From contig CAXXVK010000004.1 in assembly GCA_963676915.2 (NCBI GenBank), positions 1-64,000 of the forward strand: 64,000 bases of DNA. The letters run 5' to 3'. The translations under genes were made by a program, and so were the position numbers. The stretch is from Myxococcota bacterium. GTDB lineage: Bacteria > Myxococcota_A > SURF-8 > G963663525. Positions 1-9,000 of this stretch are shown in pieces. The notes under the pieces are model-generated. The model worked only from the letters and a program-made list of their open reading frames with translations, was not told the DNA's origin and made no database searches. How positions within the stretch are numbered: the first letter of the stretch is position 1; every line of letters starts with the position of its first letter.

Positions 1-52
1 GGAATTTCTTTTCGTCATCCACGAACAGCAAACGGATTTTCTTTTCCATCAT
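1..52 (-). CDS. Response regulator receiver protein, 5' end only (runs off left edge)
   Basis: Manual translation MMEKKIRLLFVDDEKKF gives receiver beta1 plus the acidic DDE pocket; GGAG RBS at 57-60; follows the REC-SLC13 gene. Confidence 0.75.
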   Translation of the reverse strand, partial: MMEKKIRLLFVDDEKKF

Positions 53-88
53 CGTTCTCCTGTCGATGTGCCCGAGCTGTCGGGCGTT

Positions 89-2116
89 CTACATGGCCGG
101 AAATCCCAGCCAGTTCCAATGAATGGCGATGGTCCACCCCCAGAGAACCATCAGTGATAGTAAGAAGATCGCCACTCCGTGCTTGGCGAAATCGCCCAGC
201 GTGATCAGCCGTTCGCCCGTCTCCGGATTTTCGGCGAGAGCGTAGACGATGGCATTGTTGGGAGTGCCGATAATCAGAATATGTGCGAATGAAGAGGCAA
301 AGGCCGTCGCAAGTCCGATCATCCACGGATGCGTGTCGGCCAGAACCGCCATAGGTACGGTAATGGGTCCGATGGCGGAGACGGTCGCGCCGTCGCTCAT
401 CAGATTGGTCATAACGGCGGTCATGGCGCTGGCCGCGATGGCCAGACCCGAGCCGGAACTCATCGATTCGGGCAAAATCGCCAAAAATCCCTTCGCAATG
501 TACAAAGCCGCGCCGGTCATCGCCAGCCCTTTACCCAGTGCCGTTGCGGCGGCATACAAGGCCACGACTTCCCAGTTGATATGCGTGATGTCTTTCCAGC
601 GAACGAGACGCATCAGCGACATCAGCAAAAGTCCCAACAAGACGGGACCGGCCATGCCGTACGTGCTGGACAGCGTGATCCAGCCCAGGATCACGATCCC
701 CAGCACGACCGCCATGAGGTATTCGTTGCGAACCATCGGTCCCAGTCGTTGCGATTCGGCTTTGACGATTCGGGCGATGTTCACATTTTTGACTTTTACT
801 TTGCGCGCAATCACAAGGTAAAAGTAAAGTCCAATGACCAACGCCATCACCGGGACGAAAGGCAGGCCGTACATGACCCACTCGCCATAGCTGGGCGCTA
901 CGCCGTAATCCTTGAGAATTCCGAGCATAATGGCGTTTCTGCCTCCGGCACTCGGGGAACCTGGTCCGCCGATATTGCCCGCCCAGGTGATGATCAACAG
1001 CAAGGTCAGCGCCAGGTATTTGTCGCTTTTGAGTCCGGCTGTTTTGATGGAGGCCATATAGACGACCAGCATAATCGGCGTGATAAAGGCCACGAGCGCA
1101 TGTTCCGAGATAAACGAGGCCGTAACGGAAAACAACGGTACGAAAATGAACAGAAAACGCCGCATGTTGCTGCTCAATCCAAGCAACAGGACTCCGATAC
1201 GCCGGTCCAGTCCGGTTTTGGCAATACCCACCGACATCGCCAGGACACCGAAGATAAACAATACCGAGTCTTTTAAAAACGATTTGGCGACGAGTTCCGG
1301 TGGCATGATCTGGAACCAGTACAGTACTACGGCGATGAGGATGGCGGTGAAACCTATGGGAATCGCTCCGGTTCCCCAGAAAAAGGCGGCGATGATCAGC
1401 AGGGCGATCATGATTTTTACTTTGAACGTCGCCGTTTCGGGCGAAAGTTTCTCACCTTTTTCCGAAAGCAGTTTGGCTTTTTTCGCATAAAAATCCTTGA
1501 TAGCTACCCCGACGGGCATTTCTTTGAACGAGGCATAGCCGCTGATCGGGTCGTCGATTGCGCCGGTTTTCGGTGTTGTCACGAGGTTTACAAGGGAATC
1601 CGGTGCGGGAAGAACCAGAACGAGGCCGAACAGCAAGAAGCCGATCAAAATGAACAGTGGCCGGTAGTTGGTCACACCAAGCATTTTGCGCCAGAAACCG
1701 GGCGAAGGATCGGCCAGTTTGTCGTGACGGGCCAGCAGGTTCACCCGGTCGCGCTTGGCCATCTCGATTTCGGAAAGAAGCTCTTCGAAGTCGAGGGTTT
1801 TCTCGTGAAAGGCGTAGGCGTCCAGGCGACCGATCTGCGTGGCCGACTGATAGGTGGCGTGTCCTGTGAGAACGATGACCTGGGTGGTCGGCTGCAACTC
1901 GTGGATCTCTTTGAGCGCTTCTTCACCGCTCATACCGGGCATTTTGAGATCCAACAGTACCACGTCATAGTCGTACAAACGCACCTGCCGGATAGCGTCT
2001 TCTCCCCGGTTGACCGTATGCACGCTCATACCGCGAAGCGTCAGACGCTGGGCAAGGTTTTCCGTCCATTTCACTTCGTCATCGACGATCAGAATATCCT
2101 TGTGATTTCCAGCCAT
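89..2116 (-). CDS. Receiver domain fused to SLC13/DASS (divalent anion:Na+ symporter) permease
   Basis: N-terminal ILIVDDE...VVLLDLKMPG...VLTGH...K; C-terminal multi-TM region with GGPGSPSAGGRN, TNLMSDGAT and IGTPNNAI DASS-type motifs. Confidence 0.85.
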   Translation of the reverse strand: MAGNHKDILIVDDEVKWTENLAQRLTLRGMSVHTVNRGEDAIRQVRLYDYDVVLLDLKMPGMSGEEALKEIHELQPTTQVIVLTGHATYQSATQIGRLDAYAFHEKTLDFEELLSEIEMAKRDRVNLLARHDKLADPSPGFWRKMLGVTNYRPLFILIGFLLFGLVLVLPAPDSLVNLVTTPKTGAIDDPISGYASFKEMPVGVAIKDFYAKKAKLLSEKGEKLSPETATFKVKIMIALLIIAAFFWGTGAIPIGFTAILIAVVLYWFQIMPPELVAKSFLKDSVLFIFGVLAMSVGIAKTGLDRRIGVLLLGLSSNMRRFLFIFVPLFSVTASFISEHALVAFITPIMLVVYMASIKTAGLKSDKYLALTLLLIITWAGNIGGPGSPSAGGRNAIMLGILKDYGVAPSYGEWVMYGLPFVPVMALVIGLYFYLVIARKVKVKNVNIARIVKAESQRLGPMVRNEYLMAVVLGIVILGWITLSSTYGMAGPVLLGLLLMSLMRLVRWKDITHINWEVVALYAAATALGKGLAMTGAALYIAKGFLAILPESMSSGSGLAIAASAMTAVMTNLMSDGATVSAIGPITVPMAVLADTHPWMIGLATAFASSFAHILIIGTPNNAIVYALAENPETGERLITLGDFAKHGVAIFLLSLMVLWGWTIAIHWNWLGFPAM

Positions 2117-2128
2117 TGTAGTTCCTTT

Positions 2129-3841
2129 TCAGCTGTGAGTCTTTGGTATGATCAACTCGAATGCCGTTCCGCTTCCGACTTCGCTGGTCACGTTGATGGT
2201 TCCCCCCAACGCCGTGACGATTCCGTGGGTAATCGACAAGCCAAGCCCCGTACCTTTTCCCACCTCTTTGGTGGTGAAAAACGGCATGAAAATCTGCTCG
2301 ATATGTTCGGGAGCTATTCCAATGCCGGTATCGGAAACGATCACGCTGACTTTGTCGCCCATATCATGCGCACTGATACTGATTTTGCCGTCTTTGCCGA
2401 TGGCGTCCGCACCGTTGCGAACGAGGTTGATCAACACCTGTCGGAGTTGATCTTCATCCGTGTGGATGCAGGGGAGGCCGGGATCTACATCCACGAGAAT
2501 GTCGATGTTTTCGAGCGCGAGTTCCTTTTTCACCAATTCCACGGTTTCCCGGATCACATCGCGCAATTCGCAGTCCGAAATCTTCGGTTTGTTGCGCCGA
2601 GCGAAACCGAGCAATTTGTGAATGATGCTTCGGCAGCGATTGGATTCCTCACGGATCGAATTGAGTCGTTGCAGGAAATCGTCGCATGAAAATTCCTGTT
2701 TCATTCTCGGATCGAGAAGGTCTTCCATCACTCCGATTTCCGAGAGGATGATGGCAAGAGGATTGTTGATCTCATGGGCGACACCTGCCGCCATTTCGCC
2801 CATGGTTCCCATTTTTCCGGCTTGGACGAGCTGGCTGATCAACTCCGCCCGGTTCGCTTCTGAATGGGCGTATTGCCGCATCAGAGTCGCGGTTGCCAGC
2901 AACGAAGCGATGATCGTCCCGAAAATTCCTAAAAGGATAATCATGGCAATGATGATTTGCGCCCTCTGAATCGGGGCGTAGGCCGCTGCTTGGGTTTGGA
3001 TCACCACAAGCGTCCAATCCACGGTTTCGAGGCTTTGCGCTACCGCAAGATAGCTTTCTCCGTCGATTTCCGTTTCATACAGCCGGTTTCCCGCATTTTT
3101 GAGCAATTCATCGATCGGTGCGGCTTGCAAGGAATGTCCCAGAGCGGCGGGCACCACCTGATAGGTTCCCATGTGGTTGACGATGAATGCATGCGATTGG
3201 ACGATCTGGCCCACATCATCGACAAATTTCTGGAATTTTTGCAGATTGACCGTAAGTCGAAGAACCCAGGTCTGTTTTTCCGCTCTCGCTTTCACGGCAA
3301 TGATGAAATGCGGTTGTCCCCGATATCCCAGGTATACGTCACTGACAAAATGACTGGCGTCCGTGTCGATCAATACCCGAAACCATGTTTCTTTCTGATA
3401 GTTTTTGCTTTTGAGAAACTCGTATGGACCGGAATAGGCAACGTGTCGCCCCTGTTCGTCGAAAATTCCGACATCCAGAATGGTATCATCCAGGGATTTC
3501 AACACTTTATGTAGTTTTTCCACCTCTGTTTTCGTTGGAGGCAGGTTGATCAGGTTCGAGTTAACCACTCCCCTAAGAGCCGAAATTTTGTTTTGAATGA
3601 ATCGATCGACGGCTTGCCGATGGCCGGAAACGAGGGTTTCAAGCTGAAGTTCGCTGCGATTTTCGAGTGTCGTTTTGAACTGGTAGTGAAAATACAAGGA
3701 TAAAATCAGCAACGGCACCAGCGAAACCAGCAACAAGCGCAACAGAATGGTGTTTCTCAATCTTTTGAGACTAACGTCCGTCGGCTTGAACGCTCGGGCT
3801 ATCGCTGCACTGTGTGTGATCTGGTTTCCGTTTTGCTCCAT
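2129..3841 (-). CDS. Sensor histidine kinase, periplasmic Cache-type domain, NtrB-like
   Basis: Two TM helices; H-box AAGVAHEINNPL; N, G1, F and G2 boxes (DTGIGI, PFFTTK, GTGLGL). Start placed at MEQN (3841) from the GGAGG RBS and sigma54 promoter position. Confidence 0.9.
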   Translation of the reverse strand: MEQNGNQITHSAAIARAFKPTDVSLKRLRNTILLRLLLVSLVPLLILSLYFHYQFKTTLENRSELQLETLVSGHRQAVDRFIQNKISALRGVVNSNLINLPPTKTEVEKLHKVLKSLDDTILDVGIFDEQGRHVAYSGPYEFLKSKNYQKETWFRVLIDTDASHFVSDVYLGYRGQPHFIIAVKARAEKQTWVLRLTVNLQKFQKFVDDVGQIVQSHAFIVNHMGTYQVVPAALGHSLQAAPIDELLKNAGNRLYETEIDGESYLAVAQSLETVDWTLVVIQTQAAAYAPIQRAQIIIAMIILLGIFGTIIASLLATATLMRQYAHSEANRAELISQLVQAGKMGTMGEMAAGVAHEINNPLAIILSEIGVMEDLLDPRMKQEFSCDDFLQRLNSIREESNRCRSIIHKLLGFARRNKPKISDCELRDVIRETVELVKKELALENIDILVDVDPGLPCIHTDEDQLRQVLINLVRNGADAIGKDGKISISAHDMGDKVSVIVSDTGIGIAPEHIEQIFMPFFTTKEVGKGTGLGLSITHGIVTALGGTINVTSEVGSGTAFELIIPKTHS

Positions 3842-3881
3842 GGTGGGCCAACCTCCTTCCGGTACTGCCGACCCACTCCAG

Positions 3882-3897
3882 AGCAAAACTTGCGCCA
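3882..3897 (-). promoter_or_regulatory. Sigma54 (-24/-12) promoter of the HK/REC-SLC13/RR operon
   Basis: Minus strand TGGCGC-AAGTT-TTGCT with exact GG-N10-GC spacing, about 40 nt upstream of the start. Confidence 0.75.
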
Positions 3898-3965
3898 TTT
3901 TCATATAGCGTTGAAAATACGCTGCTTTTCAGGAAATTTCTTCTAATCTCAACCTTTGGGCAGGT

Positions 3966-4072
3966 GGGACAAATTGTCCCTACAGTTTCTTGGAGGTAAA
4001 GGCACAAAACAGATAACAGTCAGAAATTTCTAGCTTTATCCTGTTTTTCGGCGTGTTGGGACAAAATGCCGC
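3966..4072. promoter_or_regulatory. Two putative enhancer-binding-protein sites (UAS)
   Basis: Palindrome GGGACAAATTGTCCC (3966-3980) and related GGGACAAAATGCCGC (4058-4072) upstream of the sigma54 promoter. Confidence 0.6.
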
Positions 4073-4121
4073 ACATGCCCACGACATCTCAAGGATCACG
4101 CGAAAACATCCAAAACGTGGA

Positions 4122-4150
4122 AAGGGCTGGAGAAATGCTCTCCAGCCCTT
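4122..4150 (-). terminator. Hairpin terminator after the pyruvyl transferase gene
   Basis: 12-bp inverted repeat AAGGGCTGGAGA/TCTCCAGCCCTT. Confidence 0.6.
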
Positions 4151-4175
4151 CGTAAATTAGATAAATTGTGAAAAA

Positions 4176-5387
4176 TCAGAGAACGTTCGCCAGAACATCG
4201 GCCGCACTGAGCGCTCGCTGCCTCATTTGTTCGCTCGCGATCTTCAGTTGATCCCGAATCGCCTGTTCGTTATCAAGCAGATCCTTGACTTTGGAAACAA
4301 CAAGCTCCTCGGTCATATCGCCAATGCTGAGGCTGTGCTCCAGATCCCCGTACATTTCCTTGGTGATTTTGTTTCCTTTTTCTGTAGAAACCAACAATAC
4401 GGTGGGAGTGTTGGTGGAAAAACCCGCAAGAGAACAATGGAAACGCATGGTCAACAAGGCATTGGCTTGGGAAACCGCCCATTTCGTTTTTCGGGCACCG
4501 AGTTTACGAGGAAGAATCGTGGTGCGTCCCGGAAATTCCCGAGCGATTTCAAGATAGACTCTTTCGAGAAGATTCCAGTCGTTGCTCACATGAGGAACCA
4601 ACAACAGTTTGATAGGCAGGTCACGTAACAAACGCTTCACGTAGACAAGCAATTCATCTTGTACTACCCGCAAAGGCCGGTGCCCTTTGACATGTTCGAT
4701 AGCCGATAACGTGAAGTTAATGGCCAACGTTTTGTACTCGTCCTTCTTTTTCTCGAAAAACGGCATTTCGAAAGGTTCGGGTTGCATCAAAAACGCGGGA
4801 TCGGCGGCAAGAAACACGTTGTCGGTCAGTCCAAGCGTATTTCGCAGATAATTGTAGGAGTCATGCTCTCGGACAACAATGGCCCGACAGGCTTTGAGGT
4901 GCTCGACGAGTTCGCCCAATCTCGGTCCCGCTTTTTCGAGCGGCCCCACCGAAGCGCACCAGATTACGTAAGGCTTGCCGAGTTTCATGATGTCGTTGCC
5001 CGCCTGGACGATCGGATAGGGAAAAGGCCAGTCTTTTTCTTTGTTTGCGAAGGTATACAGATCTCCGCCGATGGACAGAACGCAATCCGACTGTTTCACG
5101 AGATTTTTCCGCCATTCGACGATATCCGGAGAAATCAACTTGGCTTTACGACCAACCATTTTTCCAAAAGAAGTCAAACGAACGTCTCGCCAACCGCTTT
5201 TGACCGTAACGCCACTGTTCTCACCCAGAACATTCTCATACTGGGGAGGACGCCATCCCATATGAGGAAACCATACTTCCGCATCGGGAAAACGATGTTT
5301 CAAAATTTGCGGAGTTCCTAAAACAATAGCATCGCACCCATAATTGTTTCCAATACCCGTACCGATCAACAAGAATTTATGGCTCAT
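4176..5387 (-). CDS. Polysaccharide pyruvyl transferase family protein (WcaK-like)
   Basis: NYGCDAI, IGGDLY, ASVGP, VREHDS, ADPAF and MRFH motifs. Confidence 0.85.
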   Translation of the reverse strand: MSHKFLLIGTGIGNNYGCDAIVLGTPQILKHRFPDAEVWFPHMGWRPPQYENVLGENSGVTVKSGWRDVRLTSFGKMVGRKAKLISPDIVEWRKNLVKQSDCVLSIGGDLYTFANKEKDWPFPYPIVQAGNDIMKLGKPYVIWCASVGPLEKAGPRLGELVEHLKACRAIVVREHDSYNYLRNTLGLTDNVFLAADPAFLMQPEPFEMPFFEKKKDEYKTLAINFTLSAIEHVKGHRPLRVVQDELLVYVKRLLRDLPIKLLLVPHVSNDWNLLERVYLEIAREFPGRTTILPRKLGARKTKWAVSQANALLTMRFHCSLAGFSTNTPTVLLVSTEKGNKITKEMYGDLEHSLSIGDMTEELVVSKVKDLLDNEQAIRDQLKIASEQMRQRALSAADVLANVL

Positions 5388-5703
5388 ATCGATGATTCTC
5401 TTTCCTCAAAATAGACGGTATTGCTACGTTGTGACCATGGACCGAATCGTGCGCTTGAATGTGGAGCGAATCACAATCATTGAACGACCTGTGCCCCACA
5501 TCCACTTTGACGACATGAAAAGATCCCGGAAATACCCAATATTTCGCGAAGAATACCGTTTAAGCAAGGGAATGTCAACTTGCGTTCGACATCGTAACAT
5601 CCTTAAAACGGGGATAAAAAACTCCGATGCCTGCAACAAAAATGGCTGTATATTTCAACATTTCCGATGACGATAAACTCAAATTTTTCATGAATGATTC
5701 GGA

Positions 5704-8199
5704 TCAAAGACGTCCGAATTCGGTTCGGGCGATGATTTCGTTTTGCAGTGGAGTTCCGAGATCGGTGAAAAGCGCCGAATATCCCGACACGCGCACGACG
5801 AGATCACGGTATTCTTCAGGATGCTGTTGGGCATGGCGCAAGGTGTCGCTCGATATCACATTGGGTTGCAACTCCATTCCCCCCAAAGAAAAGAAAACCT
5901 GCACGAGATCGATCATTTTACGCAAGCGTTCTTCTCCCATGAAAAGACTCGGCGACAATTTGATATTTACCGAACAACCGTTCGAGATACTGCGGTGATC
6001 GATGGAGGAAATGGAATGCAGCATGGCGGTGGGGCCGTTGCGTTCCGCCCCGTTGGAAGGTGAAAAACTGTTGCTGACCGGTTCGCCCGCCCGTCGTCCG
6101 TCGGGAGTCGCACCGAGAAACAATCCCTCGACAACGTGCATTCCGTACGAGAAAAAGCCGGGACGATACACGCCGCCGCGAATCGTTTTCAAGCGAGACA
6201 CTTCCGCACAGAAAAAGTTTACGAGATCCTGCGCGAGAGCATCGACGTCCTGGTTTCCACAACCGAATTTCGGGGCACGGTGCTTTAGCCGTTCCCGCAA
6301 GATGTCTTCACCTTTAAAATTTTTACCAAGTATTTTCAGCAATTTATCCATCGACAAGGAACGCTCTTCAAACACGAACATCCGAATCGCGGCCAACGAA
6401 TCGACTGTAGTTCCCAATCCACGACCGCTGATCGAATTGAAATCGTAGCGAGCACCACCGTTCGTCATGTCTTTGGCATTCTCCACGCATCCCTTCAAAG
6501 TGGAAGAAACGAAGGGATTGGGAAAACCGTCGCGGTAGACACGATCCTTGCTATCCACGGCATCGGCAATGAGACGAATCAGGTATCCCAACTGTTGCTT
6601 GTAGGCATCCAACAGTTGTTCGAATGTCTCGAAATCGCGGGAATTTCCGGTACGAAGTCCTACACGACGTCCCATGATCCGCAAATGGCCGTCCAATAGC
6701 GCCATTTCCAAGGCCGCACCGAGAGAAACGTCATTGCCTGAAGTACAGCCGAAGGTGTCCCCATCACCGGTAGGTTCGACACAGCCGATAATCCCGTAAT
6801 TTCTGGCGTCTTTTCGGTCCACACCACAGGTTTCCAGCGCTTGGACGGCGAGGTCGTCGTTGTACAGAGCCGCCCCCGAAGTGCTACGAAAGGTTTCCAG
6901 AGCACGTTTCCAGAATGCATCCGGCGTTTTTTCGGAAAGACGGATCGTAAAACTGTTGCCCATCGATTTCACGTTCTCGAAAGCATCGAGAAACAGCCCG
7001 GACAACGCATTGACCGCATCGTTTCCTTCTCGGTCCAGGCCACCGACCGTCGGGGCGCAACTGTCGGCTCCCAGTTCGTTGCCGGTCTGTTTACCTACGT
7101 AAGGAAGCAATAGCAGATTGGTGGCGAGTTTAATCAGCAACTCTTCCAACAATCGGGTCGCATGGCCGTCATCCAGCGTGCCTCGTTCGCGATCCTTTGC
7201 ATAAAACGGATATAGCATCTGATCCAAGCGACCAACGGCGAAAATCGCCGGCATTCCGTAGGAAATCAGAGCGATCACCTGGGTCAGCCAAACCGCTTGG
7301 ACGGCTTCGTGAAAATCGCGTGGCGGATGATATGGAACGCGGCGGCAACGTTCGGCCATGGCGGCAAGTTCTTCTTTTCGCTGGGGATCATCGGTGTGCA
7401 CCGCCAGCGCTTCGGCATATTCGGCAAGGCGGTTTCCGTATTCCCGCACGGCATCGCAACTGAGCACCACGGCATCGAGAAAATCCGCTCCATCCCGGTC
7501 GTTTTCACGCAGAGCACGCTCTTTTCGCTCCAAAGCCTCTTCTCGAATTCCGGCGAATCCGGTCTGCAACACATTGGTATGTCCAAGAATCAAATGGCCC
7601 TGGACATCGAAGACGTTGGTAACAAGCAATGGATTGTTGTAAAGCAACTCATTGAAAGCGCGCCGGGCATAAGACAACGAAAGCTCGGGAACAGCAGTTG
7701 CCTTCCGCAATGTCGCCAGATCCAGACTTCTGTACCGATGAACCAGACTTCGCAAACTGTACGAGGGTTTGAAAAAAAATCCCTGCTCTTTCCAAGCGCG
7801 TTTTTTGCCGTCTCTCACCGTTCGGCCATGCCACCAGGGCAGGATATCCTCGACCAGTTCTCGACGGTCGGCCTCACTAATGCGGTACGGCTGGCGCTCG
7901 CGCCGGGTGAGAAAATCCAACTCCAGTTCAAGCACGGTGTTGATATCACCCCGCTCCACCGGCAATACGGTTCCCACGAGTTTGCTCGACCGATTCCCGG
8001 CCAGCAGTTCTTCGTCCTGGATATCGAGAGTCACGTTTTGCAGAGTATGGGAAAGCGCCCTCGCCGCCCGCATCGCGGGAGTAGTGCCCTCGGATTCTTT
8101 ATAGGATTGTGTGTAATAGCGGGCGCGCTCGATGCAGATTTCGTAGGGGGCGCGTAAGAGTTTGTCTTTATAGTGCCGGGTCGTCGGATGAATGGGCAT
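5704..8199 (-). CDS. Glycyl radical enzyme, PFL-like family but not PFL (GRE1)
   Basis: ICIERARYYT N-terminus, GRLDQ, active-site GCVEP (single Cys), glycyl loop VRVSGYS; start MPIHP 7 nt after the upstream stop. Confidence 0.9.
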   Translation of the reverse strand: MPIHPTTRHYKDKLLRAPYEICIERARYYTQSYKESEGTTPAMRAARALSHTLQNVTLDIQDEELLAGNRSSKLVGTVLPVERGDINTVLELELDFLTRRERQPYRISEADRRELVEDILPWWHGRTVRDGKKRAWKEQGFFFKPSYSLRSLVHRYRSLDLATLRKATAVPELSLSYARRAFNELLYNNPLLVTNVFDVQGHLILGHTNVLQTGFAGIREEALERKERALRENDRDGADFLDAVVLSCDAVREYGNRLAEYAEALAVHTDDPQRKEELAAMAERCRRVPYHPPRDFHEAVQAVWLTQVIALISYGMPAIFAVGRLDQMLYPFYAKDRERGTLDDGHATRLLEELLIKLATNLLLLPYVGKQTGNELGADSCAPTVGGLDREGNDAVNALSGLFLDAFENVKSMGNSFTIRLSEKTPDAFWKRALETFRSTSGAALYNDDLAVQALETCGVDRKDARNYGIIGCVEPTGDGDTFGCTSGNDVSLGAALEMALLDGHLRIMGRRVGLRTGNSRDFETFEQLLDAYKQQLGYLIRLIADAVDSKDRVYRDGFPNPFVSSTLKGCVENAKDMTNGGARYDFNSISGRGLGTTVDSLAAIRMFVFEERSLSMDKLLKILGKNFKGEDILRERLKHRAPKFGCGNQDVDALAQDLVNFFCAEVSRLKTIRGGVYRPGFFSYGMHVVEGLFLGATPDGRRAGEPVSNSFSPSNGAERNGPTAMLHSISSIDHRSISNGCSVNIKLSPSLFMGEERLRKMIDLVQVFFSLGGMELQPNVISSDTLRHAQQHPEEYRDLVVRVSGYSALFTDLGTPLQNEIIARTEFGRL

Positions 8200-8206
8200 G
8201 TCGCCT

Positions 8207-8716
8207 TTACTCCGTATGTTTTTCCGGTTCGATTTCAACAAGGATCTCGCCCGGTTTGACCAACGCTCCCGCCTCGCAGTTAATGGCGGTAATCGTACCG
8301 TCATAAGGCGCATTGAGCGTACTTTCCATTTTCATGGCACTGACCACAACCAGCCCCTGCCCTTTGGTCACCCGATCCCCAACGCTCGCAAGCACTCGTA
8401 CGACGTTCGCTGGGGTGGCTGGCGTCACCTCTCGCGGACCTTCTGCGGTAACCCTGCCCCGCCTCGACCGGGATTCGGCGTTTTCGACAAAACGCACAGC
8501 GCCGTCATGGGCAATCCAAACACCGTTTTTGTCCCGCGCCAGCGAAACCAGCGATTTGTTTCCATCCACGATCAGTTCCAGACGATGGTCATCGATACGC
8601 CTGGCCGAGCAGGAAAGCTCGCGGTCGTCCATGGCCAAAACGAAAGTCTCGCCGTTTTCTCCCACCTGTGCATCGAGAGTGTGGATGGTATCGCCAAGCT
8701 TGATCCGGTACGTCAT
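8207..8716 (-). CDS. Biotin carboxyl carrier protein (BT-like domain + biotinyl domain)
   Basis: GDRVTKGQGLVVVSAMKME biotinylation motif; GGAG RBS before MTYRIK. Confidence 0.85.
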   Translation of the reverse strand: MTYRIKLGDTIHTLDAQVGENGETFVLAMDDRELSCSARRIDDHRLELIVDGNKSLVSLARDKNGVWIAHDGAVRFVENAESRSRRGRVTAEGPREVTPATPANVVRVLASVGDRVTKGQGLVVVSAMKMESTLNAPYDGTITAINCEAGALVKPGEILVEIEPEKHTE

Positions 8717-8774
8717 GATCGCTCCATTACAGGACGAAATCGCAAGCCAAACGGGACGGTTTCGCCACGATTCC

Positions 8775-8780
8775 ATTATA
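8775..8780 (-). promoter_or_regulatory. Possible -10 box for the BCCP-GRE1 unit
   Basis: TATAAT about 60 nt upstream of the start; no convincing -35. Confidence 0.35.
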
Positions 8781-8891
8781 GAAAGATTCGGAAAGGAAAA
8801 CGTAAAACTACGGTAAAACCGTTCATAGCAGGTTTTGGAAAAGAAGGAAAGCGAAAGCCATCCAAAACAATTTTGAATTTCGCAAATAATA

Positions 8892-8920
8892 TTGACACAT
8901 TTAACACACAACAATAAACT
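8892..8920 (+). promoter_or_regulatory. Sigma70 promoter of the AT-rich islet
   Basis: TTGACA-17nt-TAAACT. Confidence 0.6.
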
Positions 8921-9000
8921 TGATTTACTCTAAACAACACACTCTACTCGTCGGCAATCAAATTTCGAGTTTGACAATAAATACGAAATGACAACCAATC

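Noticed and set aside
5704-8199. Calling either GRE pyruvate formate-lyase (pflB) or cutC
   Set aside because: Both have a single active-site Cys (CxE) rather than the PFL Cys-Cys, and there is no cut or microcompartment context. Substrate residues cannot be verified by eye.
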